This document shows, piece by piece, positions 36,600-50,170 of a stretch of DNA of 64,000 nucleotides. Below the pieces are notes generated by a model. The model was not told the origin of the DNA. It worked only from the letters and a program-made list of their open reading frames with translations, and searched no databases. This DNA comes from Narcine bancroftii (Eukaryota). The stretch is from assembly GCF_036971445.1 (NCBI RefSeq), contig NC_091469.1, positions 327,422,001 through 327,486,000 of the forward strand. Direction: 5' to 3'. A program made the position numbers and the translations under genes. The first letter of the stretch is position 1, and every line of letters begins with the position of its first letter.

Positions 36600-38924
36600 T
36601 TTTATATTTTATTTAACATTTTCCATACATGTATTCATATCAAAATACAAAATGTAATCATGTAATCATATCAAATTCATTACATATGATGGTTTTATAA
36701 AACCCCAAAAAAGAAATAAAAACCCTACCAACCCTCTTCCCCCCGCCCCAAATAATAACCCCAAAAGGGATAGGAAAGAAAGAAAGGAAGAAAGAAAATC
36801 AAAACATATACAATTAGTAAAGAAAGAAAAAAAAAAGCAGACCTGGTTGCCTTTAACTCTATTCTAATTTTTTTCCGTTTTATTTATTTTTTATTCCAAG
36901 GAGTTAATGAGGTTTCATGAGGTTTAGGCAAAGTCATTTGTAAATTTATATCTACAATATGTAAATATGTGCACAAAATTTTCAAAAGTGTATCATATTT
37001 ATTTCTTAAGTTATATGTTATCTCTCAAAAGATTTTGGACGTGAATATGTAGAATGTAAAAAAGTACCAATCTCTTGGCTACATCTAAAATATTGACGTG
37101 AAAGCTCTGACTTCAATTTATTTAATTTTTATGAGGTAAGATATAAAAAATTATACTGAACCAATCTAACATTTATTGAATTTCTCATTACTATCACCAT
37201 AGTCTGACCAATTTTTCTCCCCAATAATAATATTTAAATCTGTTTCCCATCTCTATCCAGATCTAGGAATTCCCTGCTTTTGAGTTCCCTTTTGCAATAA
37301 TAGATACATGACTGAGATAAATTCCTTAATGGATCTATTACAAATCAAGGTTTCTATTTCACTACTTTTAGATAATAACAATGTTGAACCCAGTTTCTCA
37401 TAAATATGCTTTTATTTGATAATAACAAAATATTGTACTATTTTGTATCCGATATTTATTTTTTAAATGTTCAAATGACATTAAATTTCCTCCTTCATAA
37501 CCATCTTATATATTTCTAATTCCCTTAAGAGAACCAAATATTCAAAAGTTGATTATTCATTGTAAATGGGATGTCTATTTTGATTCAAAGGCATTTTAGA
37601 TAACACAAGGTTCCTCAGTCCCATTTCAGTGTTTGCTTTATACCATCCATTAATTAAATGCTTCAATAGTGGAGTTTCCCTGTCATTTCTCATTTATTTT
37701 TAAAATCTTCTGGTGTCTTCTCTCCTATCTTTTCCATTCCTATCTTAATCCATGCTAGTTTCTTTCCCTCTTCAAAAATAAAGAAAAATCTCATTTGTGT
37801 TGCCTTATAATAATAATATTTAAAATTTGGAAGTTGGAGAGCTCCTAGTTCATATTTCAATGTTAATTTTTCTAGGGAAATCCTCAACATCTTGCCCTTC
37901 CAAAGAAATTTCCTTACATATTTAATTCCTGAAAAAAAATTCTGTGGTAAGGATAATGGCAATGTTTAGAAAAGGTATAGCACTCAAGGAAATATATTTA
38001 TTTTAATTCAATTATCTCTTCCCAGTAATGTTATTGGCAATTCCATCCATTTTTTTCCAGTCTTCAGCAATTTTCTTGTAAAGGGGAATAATTTAATTTA
38101 AATAGATTATTTAAATTATTATCCACCTACATTCCTGAATATTTGATTCCATTTATTGGTCATTTAAATTGGGTAATTTACTTTATAACCAGATACAATC
38201 CCATATTCTTTTAATCATAAATATAATTTATGTAGTGAGTCTTCTGGTTCTTTCAAGTAAATTAATACATTATCTGCAAATAAATTAATCTTATATTCCT
38301 ATCGGTTAATTTAAAAACCTTTAATATCAGGGTCAGATCAAATCAGTTCTTACTTACTAGATCTAGTTAAATGAAAAGGTGCAGCTATCTGCCCATTTGT
38401 TATGACTTTAGGTTTCGGTCCATAAACCTTTAATCTAATTTGCAAATATTTGTTCTAACCCAATTTTTTTAAGCACTTTAAACAAAAAATCTCAATCTAA
38501 CCTATCAAATACTTTTTCTGCATCTAAAGCCTCTGCTATACTCAAGTCCCCTCTTTTGTGCTAGATGTATTATACTCAATAATCTGGTCACATTATCTGC
38601 TGATTTTCTTTTTTTAACAAATCCATTCTGATCTATATTTATTAACTTTGATAAAAATTTTACCAACCTATTTGCTAATGTCTTTGCTACTATTTTATAA
38701 TCTGCATTTAAAAATGAAATGGGTCTATATGGCTTTAAAGGGTCCTTATGTTTTTTGGTATTATTAATGTGTTTCCACCGCCTGTCCTAATATCCTCACA
38801 AAAGGGGGAATTAATAATTTTTAAACTCTTTATAAAATTCAAAACTCTCTTGTCCCGGAAACTTATTAATTTTTAATGAGATCAATGCTTTCCTCACCTC
38901 TATCGGGGTGAAGGGGGCACCCAG
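36600..38924 (-). mobile_element. L1-clade LINE 3' half, inserted in a Rex1-type 3' UTR
   Basis: FLWKGK..RISLEKL....GALQLPNF and LFADNVLIYL motifs. Near-TSD aagtgaaaatgt (36588-36599) / aagtgaaatgt (38925-38935). Confidence 0.85.
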
Positions 38925-38999
38925 AAGTGAAATGTAAACAAATTGTGCAAATACAGAAACATAAATATTCAAAATGTATATATTCAGTGCAAAGTAATA

Positions 39000-39125
39000 A
39001 GCTCTGTAATGGTTTCCTTCCACATTCCAAATATGTACAGATTTGTTGGTTAATTGGATGTATTTGGCCTACAGGGGCTTGTGAGTTGGAAAGGGCTGTT
39101 ACTGAACTGTGTGTCTTAATTTTTT
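39000..39125 (+). mobile_element. V-SINE 3' fragment
   Basis: ggtttccttccacattccaaa...gttaattgg...gggctgttactg. Confidence 0.6.
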
Positions 39126-39149
39126 TTTATTAAAAGGAAATAATACGCA

Positions 39150-39850
39150 AATTAAGAATTAATCTCTGATTGAGTCTGCTGTCTGCGAGTCTGATAGTGG
39201 AGAGGTAGCAATTGCTTCTGAACCTGATGGTACAAATCTTGTGGCACCTATACCTCTTTCCTGATGGGAGCAGTGAGAACAGAGTGTGTGCTGGGAAGTG
39301 TGGATCCTTGATGATGCTGCTGCTCTCCAACTGCAGCACTGCATGTAGATTTTCTCGATGGTGGAGAAAGTTTTGCCTGTAATGTTCTGGGCCATGTCCA
39401 CTAACTTTTGCAGGGCTTTCTGCTCAGAAGAATTGGTGTTCGTGATATAGCCTGTCAGCACACCTTCTACGACACATCTGTAGAAGTTTGCCAAGGTGTA
39501 CAATGTCATACCGAACCTCTGCAAGCTTGAGGAAGTAGAGGCACTGATGTGTTTTCTTCTCGATTTTATTAGCATGTTGAGTCCAAGAAAGGTCCTCCTG
39601 GTTGGTGACTCTCAAGAATTTAAATCTGCTCATCCTCTCCACCTCTGATCCCTGGATCCTACACTTCTAGATTTCCCTTCCTAAAGTAAATGACCTGCTC
39701 CTTGGTTATGGTGACATTGTGTACAAGGTTGTTGTTTGTACATCATTCATCAAGTTTCCAATCTCCTTCATGTATGCTGAATCATCGTCTCTATTATTTA
39801 GCCCTCTTGTGGTATGATCAGCAAAGTTGTAAATAGTATTGTTGTGAACA
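39150..39850 (-). mobile_element. Rex1/Babar-like LINE fragment
   Basis: FKFLRV....DLSW, NFYRCVVEGVLTGYIT and IIKDPHFPAHTLFSLLPSGKRYR. Confidence 0.85.
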
Positions 39851-40419
39851 GTGTTGTTGCTCACTTTACACTGACAAACCATGCAGTTATAGGTGTGAAG
39901 CGAGTAAAAATTCATCTTTTTTTTAGGGTAGGCCTGCAATGACGCAGTTGAACTAAATATTGAGTTTCTGAATTGTCTCCGGTGCATAACTTAGAGCATT
40001 TGGCAAACAATATAAAAAATACAGTAGAATAAGCTTTTCCTTCTCCAATGATCTGTTTAAGGCTATGAACATCAATAGAAAGGCAGAGGATAGTTCAAAG
40101 TCTCAAAGCCTACATTTATTTTCACCAAGCAATATTGGTTTATTTTCTTTCCGTTGCAGCAAATTCAATGTCAAGGTCACTTCATGTCTAAACTTGTGTG
40201 TAGTCACATCAGTAACTTTAAAATTTTGACCTACACTGGCATTGGTGATTGGAAAGAATCTAGAAAAGGTGACTACAAATTAACTACAGTCGCACAAAAG
40301 CATGTTCTTCCCAACTACAAACATAAAGAATGTTTTCTCTGAAATACATGGTAAAGCACTAAAACTGCAACTCAATATCAACATGGAATCTTCTTTAACA
40401 TTCAGCCAAGAAAACAAAT

Positions 40420-41070
40420 TGATGTTCAAATCAAAGATGGTTTGGCAATTTATTTAGACAGGTTATAGGAATTAAATTTCCACAAAACCCAATGTTATTT
40501 TTATTAGGTAATATTGAAGGGATAAGACCAAAATTGAAATTATCTATATATCAAAAAAGAATTTGTAAACATTGCTTTAGCAGTAGCAAGAAAATATATA
40601 TAGCAGTAACATGGAAATCAGATACCCACTAGGTATGGAGCGATGGAATGCAGAAATGCATAGCTACGTTCCTTGAGAAAATTACTTATAATCTGAGAAA
40701 TAAATATGATGTATTTTTGAAAATTTGGTGCCCGTATTTACAAATGGAGGGAATTAATTTACAGATATTTTCCCTAAACTTCGAACCTCATCAATCTCCT
40801 TGGAAATATTAAAAGATAGAAATTATTAGAACTTATGTGGTGAAGGGTGCCCTTTGGCAACCAAGTTTCTTTTCTCCTTTACTATTTCTTATCTTTCTTT
40901 TTCTATGCTTTTTCTATTTTCGTTCTTTGTTTTCTTAGGGTTTTGTTTAGGGGAGTTAGGAATGTATACTATCCCGTAAAATGGATATTATACTAATATT
41001 TGACTACTGTATTTTGCATCTGGCAATAATTATGGAAAAATTTTTAAATAAAAATTTCATTTAAAAAATC
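40420..41070 (+). mobile_element. L1 3' end
   Basis: FLLGNI..., IAVTWKS, EKITYNLRNKYDVFLKIW. AATAAA and A-rich end at ~41047-41070. Confidence 0.75.
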
Positions 41071-43563
41071 AAAAGATGGCACTTCTGGGATGTACTGACA
41101 CGTCAAACGGCAAGTTCTACATTTACATCCCTGTAAAGGCACTGCCACTTTCTAAATCAGAGGTAAGTGTGCCTCCAACTGTGTCACAGGTATGTGATCA
41201 GATTCTACAAACCCATTGCTGCATATCGTGCATGATAAAAAGCCTCTGTGGTCCTTCAGATCACCCCATCAAATTGCACTTTAGGTTCAGTTGAGTCAGA
41301 TTTTATTATTATAACCTAAAGCTGATTAACTACAGCAGATTTCTGGAAGAACTTCAAATCTGTGAGTCAATAAACCAGCATCTGGTGAGTACTCAATCAC
41401 ATGCAAGTAAATACAAGATTTTGTGATTACCTCCACAATGCATCTGTCAACCAGGTAGGTATAAAAACAATGTTTGAGCCAGCCATATGTTGTCAAAAGC
41501 AAATTTAATTGACAAGAAAGCAGGTGAACCTGTACGTGCACGCACGCAGACACACATGTTGTGGTCTGGTAGATTGTTTCATGTACTCAACACTGCGCAA
41601 TTAATCCATGCTTTGAGTACAGTAATAAACCCAAATGGAATTCAGAGGGACATAGCAAGTCGAAGGTTGTTACCGAAACCAAGGAAACCTTAGGACTTTT
41701 AGCACTCAGAAAATGCTAGAAATATTAAACTGATCAGGCTGAGGAAAGAGTTGCAAAATCAAAGACACATTTATAGAACTTAGGAGAAAGAGAGAAACAA
41801 ATTAATTTTGTTGCAGGGAAGGTGGGGTTATCTGAACAAAAACTGGAAAATGAGAGGACAGGGTCAAACTATCGATCAAAAGAACTGAAAAGTCTGGGAA
41901 GAGGCTGCAGAGACCATGAAGAATGGGAGTGTTAGGAAAGAGATCAGGAGTCAGGAAGACTTGGGGGGCACTGGAGGATGGGTGATAACAGAATTCATTA
42001 GGGCTAGAGAACCTGGAATCTTATATTTGAGGCAAGTTACTTTTTACTTTTATTGTAAGTTATTCTTGTGTTTCAATTTATGTTCTGTATTCTATGAAAG
42101 CTTTTTACTAATTTCCCTTTTTACCATATATGTTCGTTTACTACATTCAATCGTGGTGGAGAGCAAAAATTATACAATCAGACAACAGAACAATTCAACA
42201 TATTGAAGATTCCTCTGATGGCAAAACAGAAAGATAAAACTAATTATCAACCATTTTTAAAAGTTTTGTAATAAATATAGAGACAAATGGAAGTGATTGG
42301 GATAAGTTTTTTTTCAGGCAAGAATGTGCAAGGTAAGTGGAGGACTTTCGAAGGTGACATTTTGAAAGAACAGAGTTTGATTGTTCCAGAATGGATTAAA
42401 GTCAAGATTGGCAGGCATAGGGAACCTTGATTTTCGAGGGATATTGTTGATCTGGTTTGGAAGAAGAGACATGTATAGCAGATATAGGCAACATGAAGTA
42501 AATGATGTACTTGAGATATAAAAAATTGCAAGAAAGAAATCAGGAAGGTTAAAAAGGTGAGGTTGCTTTGGCAGACAATGTGAAGGAAAGTCCTATGGCT
42601 TTCTACAGGCATATTAAGAACAAAAGGATAGTAATGGATAGTAAGATCAGAGGGGTCAGATTTGTATGGAGCCAAGAGATAGGGGAGATCTTAATTTTTT
42701 TAAATCAGTATTCACTCAGGGAACTGGCACAGAGTTGTCAGAAGTAAGGAAACCTGCAATGAGTCATAGTACCTATACAGATTAAAGAGAAGGAAGTGCT
42801 TGCTGTCTTAAAGCGAATAAGGATAGATCAAATCCCAGGGCTTGACAAGATATTCCGTCAGACCTTGAGGGAGACTAGTGTAGAAATCGCAGGGACTCTG
42901 ACAGAAATATTTAAAATGTCCTTAGCCACAGGTGTGGTGCCAGAGGATTGGAGGGTACTTCACGTTGTTCTATTGTTTAAAATTAAGCTCCAAAAATAAT
43001 CCTGGAAATTATAGGCCGATGATCCTGATGTCAGTAGGAGGTAAATTATTGGAAGGTGTTCTGAGATTGGATATACAATTATTTGGATAGCCAGGAAATT
43101 ATTTCGGATAGTTAAAATGGCTTTGTGTGTTGGTCATGTTGAACCAATCATCTAGTTTTTCGAGGAGGATACCAGGAAAGTTGATGAAGGAAAGACTGTG
43201 GTCAAGGTCCCACATGGGAAGTTAGACAGGAATGTTCAGGGACTAGATATTCATGGTGGGATAGCGTACAGGATTTGACAGTGGCTGGACAGAAGAAGCC
43301 AAAGAGAAGTTCTTTACAGACTGGAGGCCTATGACTAGTGGTGTGCCTCAGGAATTGGTGCTGGGACCATTGTAATTTGTCATCAATATCAATGATCTGG
43401 ACAGTGTTGTGGATGGCAAAGAATATTTTAAAAAGTTAAAGAGGCATTTGGACCAGCTGGAAAAATAGGCTTAAAAAAATGGCATATTGAATTTAATATA
43501 GATGTGTGATGTATTGCATTTTAGGAGGAAAAACCAAAAAAGGACATACATGGTACATGGTAG

Positions 43564-44620
43564 TGTTATGAGCCCAGAGGACCCGAAATCCTAGCAGCAA
43601 CAGAAATTCACCAAGACAAATGATTACTTAAACAAAAGTTACTTAACTAACTTAANNNNNNNNNNNNNNNNNNNNNNNNNNNNNNNNNNNNNNNNNNNNN
43701 NNNNNNNNNNNNNNNNNNNNNNNNNNNNNNNNNNNNNNNNNNNNNNNNNNNNNNNNNNNNNNNNNNNNNNNNNNNNNNNNNNNNNNNNNNNNNNTCTTTG
43801 ATTCACAGTCCAATCTCATTTCTCACTCCTCCAAGTTCATTGGTTGCAGGCAATTCTTAAACTGCACACAGAATCTAACATTTATGAAGTTCATCAGGCT
43901 TTGGTGCTTGAAAGGTAAATTGTTACCACTCAAGAAGGTTCTTTTTAGTTTCCAAAGAGAGATTTGTTATTTGTTGGACACAAACTGATACCTTCTAATC
44001 AGCCACGTCAGTGTCTTGCTGAAGAAACTTGCCCCATCAAGGTTTTCCAGATGATAACCTCTTTCTTTCAGCTCACCACAGAGTTCCTTTTCTGTTTCTC
44101 TTATTTCAAGTGAAACATTAGGCAGCCTCTTGTATAGACCACAAGGGCTTTGATCAGGCTGAACTAAGCATTCACAACCCATCTTAAAAATGGGGTTTTC
44201 CACAAGCTTATCAGATTGCAGTCCCAGCTATAGCTGCTGAACTGTAGCATTGTAGAATCTCTCTCTCTCTCTCTCTGAGAAAAGCCTGTTTTTTTTTCTC
44301 TGCTTGCAAAACCACATGACCCTCTTAGAACAGCCAACTGCGCTCAGACAGACTGTGGCTCTGAACCTTATCCTCCGAGCTTTTTCATCTATTGCTTTTC
44401 AAAACAACAATCCGTTTATGAACTCTCTATAGGCACACCCCAAAGCTTTTGCAAAGGCACTTGGAGCCGGAATGTCTGACTTGACCAGAGCTCCAGTATT
44501 TTAAATGAGATCTGTTTTGAAGTGTTTGTATGTGACCAACACTAAACAAAAAACCTGCCACAATTTATCTCCTTTAAAATATATCTATACACAACATAAA
44601 AAACAACATAATCTGTCACA
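43564..44620 (-). mobile_element. Solo LTR (same family as 15140-16157), contains the assembly gap
   Basis: TG...CA termini. TSD gtag at 43560-43563 and 44621-44624. Confidence 0.9.
43656..43794. other. Assembly gap (N run)
   Basis: Run of n. Confidence 1.
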
Positions 44621-45142
44621 GTAGGGCACTGTGGAGTGCAGGAAAACAGAAGGATCTGGGAATACAGATTGATAATTCCCTGAAATGGCATCATGAGGTT
44701 GTAAAGAGAGCTTTTAGCATAGTGGTGTTCAAAAATAAAAAGGTTGAGTAAACGAGTTGGAATGTTATGGTAAAGTTGTAAGGTTAAATTTGGAGTATTG
44801 TGTGCAGTTTTGGTCACCTAACTACATAAAAAATATGAATAAGATAGAAATAGTGCTGAGATTTACTACGATGTTGCCTGGACTTCAGGAACCGAGTTAC
44901 AGGGAAAGAAAGGTTAAACAGATTAGGACTTTATTCCCTGGAGCATTGAAGAATGATAGAAGACTTGATAGAGGTATTTAAAATTACAAGGTTTTTTCCA
45001 CTGAGGATAGGTGAGATACACACCAGAGGACATGGGTTAAGGGCGAAAGGGGAAAATTTTAGGGGGAACTTATTCACACAGAGAGAATGGTGGGAATGTG
45101 GAATGAGCTGCTGCCAGCTAAATGCAGGGTCAATTTTAAGAT

Positions 45143-46112
45143 GTTTTTAATTTTTTTTTAAATTTTTGCACTGAGTCATATCAATAACAACATCCACAAA
45201 TGATCATCAACAATATATACATAGTGACATTTTTTTCTTTACCACCAATTCCACTCCCCTTCCCCACCCTCATCAAAACTCAATAAATGATAAAATACTT
45301 AAAATTACAAAAAGAAACATAAAAGAAAAATGACATATCGTCTACTTTCACATATTTAAACTTTATTGTGCTAATAATTATGTTGTTTTATGAGATGGAG
45401 GTTTGTGGTCGGCATTCTCCAACATATTTTAGGTATGGTTCCCAAATTTGTTCAAATAACGTACACTTCTCTTTCAGATTGTATGTAATTTTTTTCGAAT
45501 GGAATACACTTGTTTATTTCTGTACCACTGTTGTATTTTAAGGTTTGTTTCCAATTTCATAAATCATTTTTTGGTTATTGCTAGTGCTATCGTAATAAAT
45601 CTTATTTGGACTTTGTCTATCCTAATTTTTTGTCTTTTATTTTATTTAACATAATTTCTTTTGGATCTTTTTGGTATATTTTTTTTGTGATTTTATTTAA
45701 TATTAGGTTTAGATCTTCCCAGAAAGTTTTTACTTTTGAGCCTGTCCAAATTGCATGTAATGTTGTCCCAATCTCTTTTTTGCCACAGAAATATCTATCC
45801 GAAGCTGTTGGGTACCACTCTTTTAATTTCTGAGGAGTGATGTATAATCTATGTAGCCAGTTATATTGTATCATACATAATCTGCTATTTATCGTGTTCC
45901 TCAATTGTTCCTATACATAACTTCTCCCATGTTTCGATCTTTATCTCTGTGTTTAAATCTTTTTCCCAACTTTGTTTCGGTTTATACTTTATTTCATCTT
46001 CTTCTTTATATTGTAATTTGATGTACATGTTTGTAATAATTTTTTTAATTATCATTGTGTTTGTAATTAAATATTCACAGTTGCTACTTTCTGGTATCTC
46101 AAGCTATTTCCC
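45143..46112 (-). mobile_element. L1 3' end inserted in CR1
   Basis: NTINSRLCMIQYNWLHRLYITPQKL...TTLHAIW..KVKTFWEDL. Poly-T at ~45145-45165. Confidence 0.85.
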
Positions 46113-46872
46113 AATATGTCAAAAGTACAAAAAGGACAAGAGATCAGCGAATGGTGCCTCCATTCCTCCTTGGTTAGCAACCCCAGAGACAGTCCTGCTA
46201 TGGAGACACGCAAGGGGTCATAAGACGGATCCACTGGTGGAAGCGGTAAACCTCATACACGCCAACCCTCAATACAAATTTGTGAGGTACCCCGATGGCC
46301 ACGAGGACACTGTGCCTATCCGAGACCTGGTGAGGGCCGGGGATCCCGATGGCGCACTGCCTGCCACAGCCCACCCTGCAGAACAGACCATCCCAATACT
46401 GGAAGCAGAGCCACCTGGCTCTCCCCCCTCAGGAGTCGGTCCTCCGGGAGGTATCAAATTCTCATTCCTCCCAGGAGCCCCCAAGCATCACCCCGACTCA
46501 GACTGCTGCCCCCCCCGGGACCGCTTCCCCTCCCAAACAGCAATGCTCAGACACGCCTGCCTTCCGGCAGATCTGCAGGAGGAGGAAGTTGCCAGAGCGG
46601 CTGAACCTCTAGGAATTTTTTCTCTCTCTTTTCCCCCCACCCAGTTGTTTAAAGAGGGGGTTCTGTTTAAAAAGAGGGGGTGAATTTAATGGTATGGATT
46701 GTATATGCTAATTAGATTGGACTGGCCCGCCCCCTGATGACACACTTACCTGGTCTCCTCCCCTGGGACCCAGGCCATAAATGTCGGGCCATCTTTCCCT
46801 TCCCTGCACTTCCCTAGTCTGGATTCGGGCCAGCTCAAGTCTTCTGTGCAATAAAGCCTATCGTTCCCCTCA
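46113..46872 (+). mobile_element. Gypsy-like integrase C-terminus, PPT and truncated 3' LTR
   Basis: PPWLATPETVLLWRH...DPLVEAV.L.HANPQY..VRYPDG.EDTV.IRDL integrase tail. PPT aaagaggggg twice (46651-46660 and 46671-46680). LTR-like region with AATAAA at ~46850. Confidence 0.75.
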
Positions 46873-47659
46873 AAATTTTTTTTAAAATTTAAGGAGAATT
46901 TGAACAGGTACATGGATGGGAGAGGTACGGAGGGTTATGAATTGGGTGCAGGTCAGTGGGATTAGGCAAAAAAAAGGTTCGGCACAGAATAGAAGGCCCA
47001 AGGGGCCTGTTTTTTATGCAGTAATGTTCTACGGTTCTAAGTTTTAATTAGTAAATTTACACACAACTGAAAAGGTGGCAGAGTCACTCGTAGCAAAGGA
47101 AGTTATCCAAGAATACAAGAAGACACAGATCAGCTGGAAAGTTGGGCAAAGCTGTAGCGGATATGGTACATTATCTAGACTATTGTGGTGGAACATACTG
47201 TGAGAGGTCAAATTCTGGTAGGACGTAGAGTAAAAAAACCAGGGAACTGAAGAGTACAGGGAGACCCTGGGGTTCAGGTCCAGAGCTCCTGAAATGTGAC
47301 AGAAAAGACAGAAAAGGAGAAAATAAGACTGCTTGCTTGGTGTGGAGATTAAGGGATTCAAAATGTCTTTATTGCCATGTAATAGTGCAGAACAAGTAAT
47401 CTGATATATATTTGTGCATGCATGTCTGTTAATTTGTCTATTTGTCTGTTCTGCATGCAAATCAATATGGAGCACACTAGAAATATCCAAGAAGGTTCAG
47501 TAGGGGTAACATTTGATGCTGAATGTCATGACCACATTGAATTTACCTTTTAAGGTCATATAAAGTTCAAAAGTTTTTAAAAAATTGAACTTGCACCAGG
47601 GACACCTCAATTAGTTCCAGTGCTGTGCATCAAAGTACATTCAGAATAAAAACAAGTGG

Positions 47660-48806
47660 CCAAACCCAATATCAGCAAAGGAACTGGGATGGTAGAAGTT
47701 CTAAGAAGATGTCGAATGATTGTTTGGGATGAATGTGCAATGTCTCACAAAGCTCTGGACAGGACCCTGCAAGGTATCCATGGAAACAAAGTGATAATGG
47801 GAGAAACCATTTTATAGTTTTGGCTGGAGATTTCAAACATTGCCTGTTATTACAAGAGGCACAGGAGCAGATGAACTTGAGGTTTGTCTGAAGTCATCAT
47901 ATCTATAGATAAATATTAGAAAATTCCACCTATCTACCAACATGGAGATCAGTCATCTGGACAATTTGCAAACAACCTATTGCAACTAGGCAATGGCAAA
48001 ATCAAATTAGATTCACAAGGAACAAATGATAATGGGACCAATCAGTACAAAAGTATCACCTGTTGATGAACTAAAACCAAAGCTCTTCCCAAACCTTTCT
48101 GAAAATTAGCAGAATCGCAGCTCCAAAGAACAATGATGTCATCAACACACAGCTTTTGAAGCATCTGCTTGGTAATCCTCACTGCTACAAGTTAGTTGAA
48201 ACAGTTCTTAATCAGACTCGAGTGGTCAATTATCCCAAAGAGTTTTGTCTCCTTTGTAACTTGGATCCACCACACCTGTACAATGGAACAAGACTGGCTG
48301 TTAAGAAACTTATGTCCCATGTTATTGAGGCAGAAATACTTTCTATATGTGGCAACGGAGAAGATGTACTCATTATGAGAATTCCCATCATTCCCACTAA
48401 TATCTGTTTGAGTTCAAGAGACTTCAATTTCCCATATGCCTGAGCATTGTCATGTCCATCAACAAATCCCAAGGTCTGGCATTGAAAGTAGCTGGGCTGC
48501 AATTGGAAGAGCACTTCTTTTCCCATGGACAGCTCTATGTTGGATGTTCATTCGTTGGAAACCCAAAGAGTCTTTATGTAAATGCTCCAGGTAGAAAAAC
48601 TAAGAAAATTGTTTATTATGAAGCCCTTAGCTGAGAATTGTTTGCCAGAAGTCAACTTTGTTGGAACCACGTATCTCTATAAGTGTTGTGTTTGAAAAAA
48701 ATATATTTATGCAGAAATACCATGAAGTTTTTTGGGTATTTTGTTTCAACCATGTAGTCAACAACTGAGTGTTTTATTTCCCGGGGAACGCTGGGTATCC
48801 TGCTAG
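47660..48806 (+). mobile_element. Helitron 3' part (Pif1-family helicase remnant plus terminal hairpin and CTAG)
   Basis: MIVWDECAMSHK, LAGDF, LCNLDPPHLYNGTRL, MSINKSQG and FSHGQLYVGCS Pif1 motifs. Imperfect hairpin cccgg.gaacg.ctggg at ~48780-48795, then CTAG (48803-48806) followed by T. Confidence 0.9.
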
Positions 48807-48879
48807 TATTGCATAAAATTGCCATTTGCCTGCCGTAAAGCAAAGAGTCACCATTAGAGTTGCCTGGTGAGTCAAAGAG

Positions 48880-49110
48880 AAGCAATAGGGAGTGCCTTCA
48901 GAGTCACTGAATGTTCGTGATCCATCAGTAACCCAAGCTCCAGATCCAAGCCTTCAACGCAATCAGGAAGCCTTCACCACCCAAGGCTCTTCAGGAGCCC
49001 TTGACTTCAGCACCCTCTGTTATCCTGGTTCCAATTCTCATGAACCAGTCTCCACCAGCCTGTGCAAGTCCCCCGACGTCGTCACCTGCAGCCTTTGTGG
49101 GACATCATGT
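48880..49110. repeat. Unclassified repeat, copy 2
   Basis: tccatcagtaacccaagctccagatccaagcc is shared with 17200-17235. Confidence 0.5.
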
Positions 49111-49859
49111 TGCAGTTGCGCAACATGTTGATTGGAGTGACCATATAGAGGTTTAGAAAATAGTGAGGGCCATAGAAAGGAGTGTTAGAATCTTTTTTTT
49201 CCCCAAGACAAGGAATCAGGAATTACAGGACATGTGGAAGGTGAAATGGGAGACATTTAAAGGAGATAGTGGTGAATATCTGGAAAAGGCATTTAGGGAG
49301 GAAAGCATAGTGGGATATGGGTCTGATCAAGCAAATGTGATTTATATGGAGTGACATCGCAGTAGGAAAAGATAAATTGGGCTGAATGGGCCTGTTTCAA
49401 TGCCGTTTCATGGCATTTAATGGATATAAAGATGCCTTTTCAGTCAAAATGAATTTTAAAATGGTGTTGAAAAATGCATAATTTATTCAACAAGACTTGA
49501 TTACTCTTTTGTTGTGAATGTAGACCCAAGAAGTTGTGGTCAGGTTTTACAGAAAAGCAGCAGTTCGTCTTGACAGTTTGCTGTTATTTCAACAACAAAT
49601 TCAAGGTCATCATCATTCTGCTAAGCCAGTCTTTCAAAGCACCAGCACATGTGCTCAAGTTAAATATTCTTAATAAATCACAGGGCCAGTTTTGCCTGTT
49701 CACTAATTAGCAAGGTCAATAAAAATTGAAGATAAATAGTGCAGTTGCTTCACAACTACATAAATTTCAAACATTTGGCCTTGTCACAGATCAGCCACAA
49801 ACTCACTGAACTGTGGAAGAGGCAATGATGTTGAAATTCTAATTTTGATCCTAAGCTTT

Positions 49860-50170
49860 CATGAGCCTAGCAGACATTCTGCCACAGCCTCTGTAGCCGC
49901 ACAGACTCCTGTTCAATTCATCAGCAAACTGATTGCCAGATTCAAACGATGGACAAGATCAGGAATCCTTCAGCGCCCCCAAAGCCCTGCTTGCCCTCAG
50001 AACCCTCTTGAATCTCTGCTCTGATACCTAGTTCCCATTAGCCAGTTTCCAGCAGTCTGCAGCCCATGTGGATCCCCTGACCTTAAGACACCCACAAATT
50101 GTGTGGGTCCCTCAGCCTTCAGAGCTGCCCTGTGTCTCCATTCTACTAGGTCTGCACTAATGATAGCTCT
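49860..50170. repeat. Unclassified repeat, copy 3
   Basis: ttcatcagcaaactgattgccagattcaaac and gcagcccatgtggatcccctgac are shared with 17190-17560. Confidence 0.5.

Larger units (their letters stand above)
42265..47040 (+). mobile_element. CR1-clade LINE, decayed and split by nested solo LTR, L1 and Gypsy pieces
   Basis: IPGLDKIF..TLRE...VPEDWR..HVV.LFK, NPGNYRP, SGVPQ..VLGP, LEYCVQFWSP and HTRGHGL. The 3' end resumes at ~46885 and finishes with ttcta repeats at ~47040. Confidence 0.85.

Noticed and set aside
41076-41162. Plus-strand ATG-to-GAG|GTAAGT exon candidate (MALLGCTD...SKSE)
   Set aside because: It abuts an L1 tail, has no recognisable homology and no partner exons. I keep it only as a sign of the chance rate for such patterns.
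45949-46683. 244-aa ORF with a hydrophobic N-terminus, resembling a membrane protein
   Set aside because: It is a chimera of antisense L1 sequence (T-rich, hence hydrophobic) and a Gypsy integrase tail.
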